Below are positions 19,713 to 25,245 of a stretch of 25,245 nucleotides of DNA, piece after piece; positions within the stretch are counted from its first letter, which is position 1; every line of letters begins with the position of its first letter. The position numbers were made by a program, and so were the translations under genes. The stretch covers positions 625,981 to 651,225 of the forward strand of contig KV454013.1 in NCBI GenBank assembly GCA_001661245.1, written 5' to 3'. Origin of the DNA: Pachysolen tannophilus NRRL Y-2460 (lineage: Eukaryota). The notes beneath the pieces were generated by a model. It worked only from the letters and a program-made list of their open reading frames with translations. It was not told the origin of the DNA and searched no databases.

Positions 19713-20498
19713 CCTAGAGTACCTACCAGGCGTAAAATCGCTTACAAAACTAGAATTTCTCAATAAAAGATTTTTAAAAAGATATGATGAATCTCTCTTA
19801 TTCTTATTCAGGAAAAGCAACGATTGCAAAAAATTCCTCCTATAAATCAATAACTGACTATTCTTTTGCTTATTAAGATGATAATATTTTTGAATGAATA
19901 AATTTCGATGTCTAATAAAACTCGTATACTTGAAAAACACCTGTTTGGCGTCTTCAACTTTGGAAAGAGCCCTTGCTAATTTGATCAAAGTCAGTTGCCT
20001 CACTTTTGAAACCTATTATACAACACTCAAAATCCAAAAACGGAAATAATTATATAAAGCTTTCACAAAACTTCAAATACTTCCATTCACTTCTAGCAAA
20101 ACCAAAAAAAAAAAAAAAACACAATTCTATTCTTAAACAACTATATCAATAATAAATATCTATTATTACTATAACGCATGCCTACAAATTTAATTGCAGG
20201 TTTAACTGAGAGATGATCTATATCTCACGGGGCGGTCAAAAGTTCTCCTCCGAATGCACGACTAAAAAATGGGCGGGTTCGAAGACCACCAAGATCATTA
20301 AGATCATTACGATCATTACGATGACAATAGTTCTAGATGGAATGGTTTCCAGCCAGTATAGAGTGGCTACGTTTGCTATAATGTAGGTGTTAAAATGCTT
20401 TTGGTTCCCATTTTTTCATTAATGCCAGTTTGAAATGCCTAAATAAAAATATTACACACGTATATATATATTTTCCCATTTTTTTTTTTTTTTTTTTT

Positions 20499-22253
20499 TC
20501 AATAGCCCAAGTTGACCTTTATCGCATAAGTTACAGAGAAAGGTAATGTGATGAATAATATGGAGTACTGTGCAATCATGTAGAGTGATAGACAGTCCAT
20601 TTGGATACAGGTTTCTGCACTGGGGTCGGCATATGTTGCGGTGAGGTAAATTTGAATTGTAGCTGATGGTAACGACCATTCCAACAACATGATAAATGCA
20701 GCTAATTTATCATCACTGATCCAGCCTGCACTTTGTAATCTATGAACCCACAAGACACCTATTATAGGCATTATACATAGCCTGAAACTTGTGAGTACTA
20801 GCACACATTTCCAGAAACCAGGAGGAACAGAATTAATTTTCAATCTTGCACCTGTGGAACCTAATAGTAATAAACCAATGGGTACAGCAGCTTGACCTAT
20901 ATAGCTAAAATAATCCATAAGAAATGATAGAGGAGGTTCATCATCGGGGGCATTGGGCATCGAAACTGATGTTGAGACAAACAATGCTTTAACCCATGGG
21001 ATCATTGCTATAGTGACAGATAGAATTAATGCAATAGCACTTGGTTTTAAAAAATTTCTCAAGAAAAATACTAGCCATTGAAGTTTATATTTTTTAACAA
21101 ATGAAATATTTTTACCACTTTCTTCAACATCTTTTCTTGATACTTGTTCAGTTAAAATAGACATTGTAGTAGTTAATGCATGAATATCAGAATTATGACT
21201 ATGAAAAGATTGAACTCTTGAATACTCTCTAACCAAATCATGTGTAGTGTTAGTGCTATTGGCATTTGTGCTTAAAGTTGAAGCATAACTACTAACCGAT
21301 CTCGAACGGTTTCTTGTACTAGATATCGATGCTCTTGTATTGACCCTTCCTTCTGTATCTACTCCTGCTGCTGATCCTGGTTTTGATCCGGCCTTTGATC
21401 CAGCCCTAGACCTTGAGTTTAATATAGGCCCAAAATCATTTCCAGTCAGATTACTGGATCTATGAGACTGGAAAGGTCTTACTTGAAATGTTTCATTATC
21501 ATTTTCAAATTCTTCATCAGAACTATTTATTGATATGGTATCTGTAGGGGTGATAACATTTTCCTCATTACTATTGTTAATACCATCATTAATCAACACG
21601 TCATGGTTCGATGGAGAATGTGTTTCTTCAACTTCTTTTTCAGATTTCGGTCCTTCTTCACTCGGTCCATCTTCACTTGATCCATCATCACCTTCTGGTC
21701 TTACAGAATCCTCAATTTTAGAATCATCATCTTTATCTTTAAAATCATATTCAATTATCTGAAACAATCCTAAATTGAATTGTACAAAGATATAAGTTGC
21801 CAAACAAATACATATATATGAAACACCTTTATCTCCTTCATCTGTAGTGAATACAACCCCACCAGATAAAGTTTGAATATAAGCTATGGGCAAATCCGAG
21901 ACATTTGGCAAAGTATTTCCAGCAATATAACCACCTCTCCAATGTCTTGGTACAGGTAAAAAAAAACTAGTAAGTAAGGCAAAGAAAAACCCAGTACCAT
22001 ACATCACCACAGCATTTAAAACAATTATCCCAATAATCTTAATATCAGAATCGGAAATATTCGTTATAATCTCATCTAAAATCAAACATGGCATCAATAC
22101 CAAGAGAACAATATTTGACAACCCTCTAGTAATCTCCACAGACAAAAAATTCTTCTTCGCCAAGAAAAACCCAGTGAATATAATCAAATATACCTTAACT
22201 ATAGGTTTAACCGCAGAATATATTGCAGAACCTAACGAAATTTTATCAGACAT
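20499..22253 (-). CDS. ECM3: Auxin-efflux-carrier (Mem_trans) family transporter, ECM3/YNL095C ortholog
   Basis: ISLGSAIYSAVKPIVKVY, PNVSDLPIAYIQ, IPWVKALF, PNAPDDEPPLSFLMD and QMDCL; two transmembrane bundles flanking a long hydrophilic loop. Confidence 0.88.
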   Translation of the reverse strand: MSDKISLGSAIYSAVKPIVKVYLIIFTGFFLAKKNFLSVEITRGLSNIVLLVLMPCLILDEIITNISDSDIKIIGIIVLNAVVMYGTGFFFALLTSFFLPVPRHWRGGYIAGNTLPNVSDLPIAYIQTLSGGVVFTTDEGDKGVSYICICLATYIFVQFNLGLFQIIEYDFKDKDDDSKIEDSVRPEGDDGSSEDGPSEEGPKSEKEVEETHSPSNHDVLINDGINNSNEENVITPTDTISINSSDEEFENDNETFQVRPFQSHRSSNLTGNDFGPILNSRSRAGSKAGSKPGSAAGVDTEGRVNTRASISSTRNRSRSVSSYASTLSTNANSTNTTHDLVREYSRVQSFHSHNSDIHALTTTMSILTEQVSRKDVEESGKNISFVKKYKLQWLVFFLRNFLKPSAIALILSVTIAMIPWVKALFVSTSVSMPNAPDDEPPLSFLMDYFSYIGQAAVPIGLLLLGSTGARLKINSVPPGFWKCVLVLTSFRLCIMPIIGVLWVHRLQSAGWISDDKLAAFIMLLEWSLPSATIQIYLTATYADPSAETCIQMDCLSLYMIAQYSILFITLPFSVTYAIKVNLGY

Positions 22254-22669
22254 TACCTTTCAATCACTAAAAACATTTGATCAGAAATTAAAATCCTCTT
22301 TTGCAAAATAATTAAAACAACATCTAATGAAATATCAAAACCTAAGAAGAAAAAACAAAAAAACTACACTCTAAAACAAGCTTATTAAGCCTTCTTCCTT
22401 CTGACTCTAGCTTCTAGTATATTAATCGTAACCATTCCCCTTGTTTATATAACTAATTAAAACATCAACTTATCACCCAAAAAAAAATAATAGTAGTGTA
22501 CAATAGATTAGCTGGTGTTTACCGAAACACAGATAGAAAAGAAGCTCATTTCACAGAAATCTTTAAAGATACAATAATTAGAGGTTTTATAACGAGCCTG
22601 AGTTACAAGGTGACTAGGATTGACTATAGAAGGTTAGAAGGATAGGTAGATTGTTTTGAGGTTTCTAGG

Positions 22670-24580
22670 ATGTCGGTAGAAGTTATTAGTATAGGCAATG
22701 AATTGAAGGATGGTTATAAGCCTACTAATCAATGGGTTAAAAATGGAATCAATTGGTTATCTGATATTGAACTGTTTTATAGAGCTAGAGCTTCGATAGA
22801 GAAAGAGTATTCTTCTAAGTTGCAAAGCTTGTGTGGTGAATATTTCAAGAAGAAGGCCAAAAGTTCTATAAATTTGAGTGTTGGTGATGAACCAGTTATA
22901 ACGCCTGGTTCATTAGAGTGTGCAAGTTTAGTTGCATGGACAGAAATTTTATCTCAAACAGAGACAATTTCTAAAGCACATGGCAAATTATCACTGGATT
23001 TTGAAAAAAATGTAGCTGGTGAATTATTGAATCTTCAGCAGAAATATGAGGGAATAAGAACTAAATTTGAAGGATTTAATAATGATTTGATTAAAAAAAG
23101 AGATGGTTATTATAATGAATTATCAAAAGCTAAGAAAGAATATGATTCTTTATGTCAATCTGTAGAAAATCAAAGAGTTAAATTAGAGAAATCTTCAAAT
23201 ACTGAAAAGACTCAGAAGAAATTGAAAGATAAGGAAATTGATATGAATATTGGTAAAAATAATTATTTGATAAAGATAAATATTGGAAATAGATTAAAAG
23301 ATAAATATTATTATCAAGATTTACCTGAAGTATTGGATGGTTTACAAGATTTAAACGAATCAAGGGTTACTCGATTAAATCAAATTTGGCTTGCAGCTTC
23401 ATCCCTTGAAAAGAAAACATTGGAGAATTGTATTTCATATTTAAACTCTGCCGATAATGTTGTTAATAAAAATGAATGTACTTTAGATACTAATATGTTT
23501 ATTAAGCATAATCTTAACTCTCAATGGAATGAACCACAAGATTTTTATTATATTCCTTCGAGTATATGGCATGATGATGATAAAATGATTACAGATACAA
23601 ATGAATTAATCGATTTGAAAAAACAATTAAATAATTCTATTTCACTTTATGAAAATTTGAAAACAAAATGTGAAGAAGAAAAAAATACTTTAGGAGAAAT
23701 TTCTATTAATAAGAAAAATATAAAATCATCAAAGAAAATGTTATCAAAAGAAGAAATTTTCAATTATGATGATTTGTTGTTGAAATATTTATATCAATTG
23801 GGAATATTTACTAATGATGATACTAGAAAAGTTATTGCAGAAGTTGAAATTGAAACAATCCAAAATGCTGCAGGAGATAAAGTGATGAACCTTGATATTC
23901 CAGTAGAAACGAAAAAAAAATCAAGGTTAGGATTTTTGAAAATAGGTGGAAGTAGCCATCATCATCATCATCATAATTATACAACAGAATCTACCAACAA
24001 TGGTGGTGGCGGTGAGGGTGGTGATAGCGTTGGAAGTTTGACTAGATCCTCAACTATTTCCAACCATACAACTTCCACGAAGCACACAGCAGGAACTTCA
24101 AGCAGAATCTTTGGAGCATTCCGTAACAGAGCCCAAAGTGTTTCTTCAACGGTAACAAATAATTCTTTATCTCTGAGACCTCAAGGTAAAGCTTTATACC
24201 TGTACGATGCGCAAGGTAACGATGAAGTCTCGGTACAACTTGGTGAAACTGTCACTATCTTAGAGTCAGATGATGGCTCCGGATGGACAATGGTCCAAAC
24301 CCCTTCCAACGAACAAGGTTTGGTACCAACTTCTTACCTCGAGATACAGTCTCAAAATACGAAAAAAGTAGGACCAAAAGTTGCTCCAAAAAAAGGTGCC
24401 AAAAAAATTAAATATTGTGAAGCATTATACGATTACCAAGCCCAAGGTAATGATGAGCTAACTTTAAGTGTTGGTGATAAAATCTCAATCATAACCGAAG
24501 ATGATGGAAGTGGTTGGACAGAGGGAGAAATCGATGGAGATACTGGGTTATTCCCAACAGGTTACGTTAAATTCTTGTAA
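22670..24580 (+). CDS. BZZ1: F-BAR / tandem-SH3 endocytic protein Bzz1
   Basis: SIGNELKD, LSVGDEPVITPGSLECASLVAW, KDKYYYQDLPEVLD and WHDD; two SH3 domains (ALYxY…DDGSGW…GLVPTSY and ALYDY…DDGSGW…GLFPTGYV). Confidence 0.95.
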   Translation: MSVEVISIGNELKDGYKPTNQWVKNGINWLSDIELFYRARASIEKEYSSKLQSLCGEYFKKKAKSSINLSVGDEPVITPGSLECASLVAWTEILSQTETISKAHGKLSLDFEKNVAGELLNLQQKYEGIRTKFEGFNNDLIKKRDGYYNELSKAKKEYDSLCQSVENQRVKLEKSSNTEKTQKKLKDKEIDMNIGKNNYLIKINIGNRLKDKYYYQDLPEVLDGLQDLNESRVTRLNQIWLAASSLEKKTLENCISYLNSADNVVNKNECTLDTNMFIKHNLNSQWNEPQDFYYIPSSIWHDDDKMITDTNELIDLKKQLNNSISLYENLKTKCEEEKNTLGEISINKKNIKSSKKMLSKEEIFNYDDLLLKYLYQLGIFTNDDTRKVIAEVEIETIQNAAGDKVMNLDIPVETKKKSRLGFLKIGGSSHHHHHHNYTTESTNNGGGGEGGDSVGSLTRSSTISNHTTSTKHTAGTSSRIFGAFRNRAQSVSSTVTNNSLSLRPQGKALYLYDAQGNDEVSVQLGETVTILESDDGSGWTMVQTPSNEQGLVPTSYLEIQSQNTKKVGPKVAPKKGAKKIKYCEALYDYQAQGNDELTLSVGDKISIITEDDGSGWTEGEIDGDTGLFPTGYVKFL

Positions 24581-24768
24581 AACATAAAAACAAAAAAAAC
24601 AAAGTTAGACAAAAAAAAAAAAAAAAAAACCGAAAAAAACTTTCTTACATTCTTTTAAAAAGGACCCTACTTGTTTTTTTGATACTATTCGCCTTAATAA
24701 ATCATACAGAACTCTTGTTTTATTCGTCAATTTGTAAGTAAGTCTTACCTTTCGATGGGCCAATCTTC

Positions 24769-24807
24769 TAATTACTATTCCTAATTAGGAAAGTCTACTT
24801 TACGCGT
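24769..24807. promoter_or_regulatory. Mcm1 (MADS-box) palindromic site with adjacent TAATTA and an MCB element
   Basis: Perfect 14-bp palindrome TTCCTAATTAGGAA at 24778-24791, TAATTA at 24769-24774 and ACGCGT at 24802-24807. Confidence 0.6.
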
Positions 24808-25166
24808 ACTGTAAATGCAGGAAATTTGAGATTTGTTATAAAGTTGCGTCTAAACAGTTTATTTTCATAATAGTAAAAGATTTAGTTTACTCGGCCTTTG
24901 ACTATAATTGTTATTTATTTTATCCCTTGGCTATATTTATAGTTTTTATTCATTCATTCTTATTTATTATTTCAAACTATCCTTTTTTTAATTTTTTTTT
25001 TTCTTTCTTTGCAATTCATTTTTCTTGAAAAAAAAAAAAGTAGAAATAAAAAAAAGAACATAAACTTCAATTCGACTTGTTTTTATTTTTTTTTTCAGCT
25101 GTTCATTTTAGTTAATAGCATACCGGATTTTCAGGTCAGGTAAATAACAGGAATAATAGCAAGAAA

Positions 25167-25193
25167 ATGGGAGGAGTACTTTCGAGGTTTTGG
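25167..25193 (+). CDS. Probable first exon (MGGVLSRFW) of an N-myristoylated protein; intron starts at 25194 and runs off the window
   Basis: AAGAAA-ATG context and an MGxxxS myristoylation consensus, followed immediately by GTAAGT (the same donor as the two other introns) and T-rich intron-like sequence. Confidence 0.6.
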
Positions 25194-25245
25194 GTAAGTT
25201 TTTGGAAATTTGTTTTTATTTATTTTCTTTTTTTTTTTTTTTGTT

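Noticed and set aside
20270..20291. GGTTCGAA…CCACCA read as a tRNA 3' half
   Set aside because: No proper T-stem, D-arm, anticodon arm or acceptor stem; kept only as a B-box-like motif.
20293..20319. 9-bp repeats as a CRISPR or telomeric array
   Set aside because: Only three adjacent copies with no spacers, in an internal eukaryotic locus.
20479..20499. A-run directly after the ECM3 stop codon, suggesting a retrocopy
   Set aside because: Long homopolymers occur throughout the window, the gene is in its syntenic position, and there is no target-site duplication.
22516..22618. Small hairpins in the ECM3/BZZ1 divergent promoter (GTGTTT/AAACAC and others)
   Set aside because: Short stems expected by chance, with no ncRNA box motifs.
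14991..23363. Remaining short track ORFs (14991, 15423, 15620, 17539, 17950, 18781, 20452, 21535, 23178; also 8255)
   Set aside because: They overlap well-supported genes in other frames or strands, or translate A-runs.
7705..24202. CUG=Ser (Candida-type) code as the explanation of the CTG pattern
   Set aside because: The most diagnostic sites (Yvc1 xAAP, SH3 LYAY, Ptc5 AAELL) fit Ala better. Ser remains compatible at some variable sites, so alignment-based confirmation is still needed.

Overview
AT-rich budding-yeast (Saccharomycotina) chromosomal DNA with long A/T homopolymers between genes. It holds 11 complete protein-coding genes: RHO2, NST1, YVC1, a carnosine N-methyltransferase (YNL092W family), a Rab5 GTPase (VPS21/YPT53), PTC5, TMA46, TDP1, APP1, an ECM3/YNL095C-family transporter and BZZ1. 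There is also a probable first exon of a myristoylated protein at the right edge and possibly a gene tail at the left edge. The ORF track truncates two genes because each has an intron (GTAAGT donor). In-frame CTG codons fall where the families have Ala or small/polar residues, which points to the CUG=Ala nuclear code (Pachysolen-like clade), so the supplied translations are probably wrong at CTG. The most novel candidates are a 97-codon, AUG-free, basic N-terminal extension of APP1 starting at AAAA-GTG (possible non-AUG mitochondrial isoform), a compacted PTC5 sorting region, and two structured intergenic patches. No mobile elements, tRNA, rRNA or CRISPR were recognised. All homolog comparisons are from memory of the families, not from searches.
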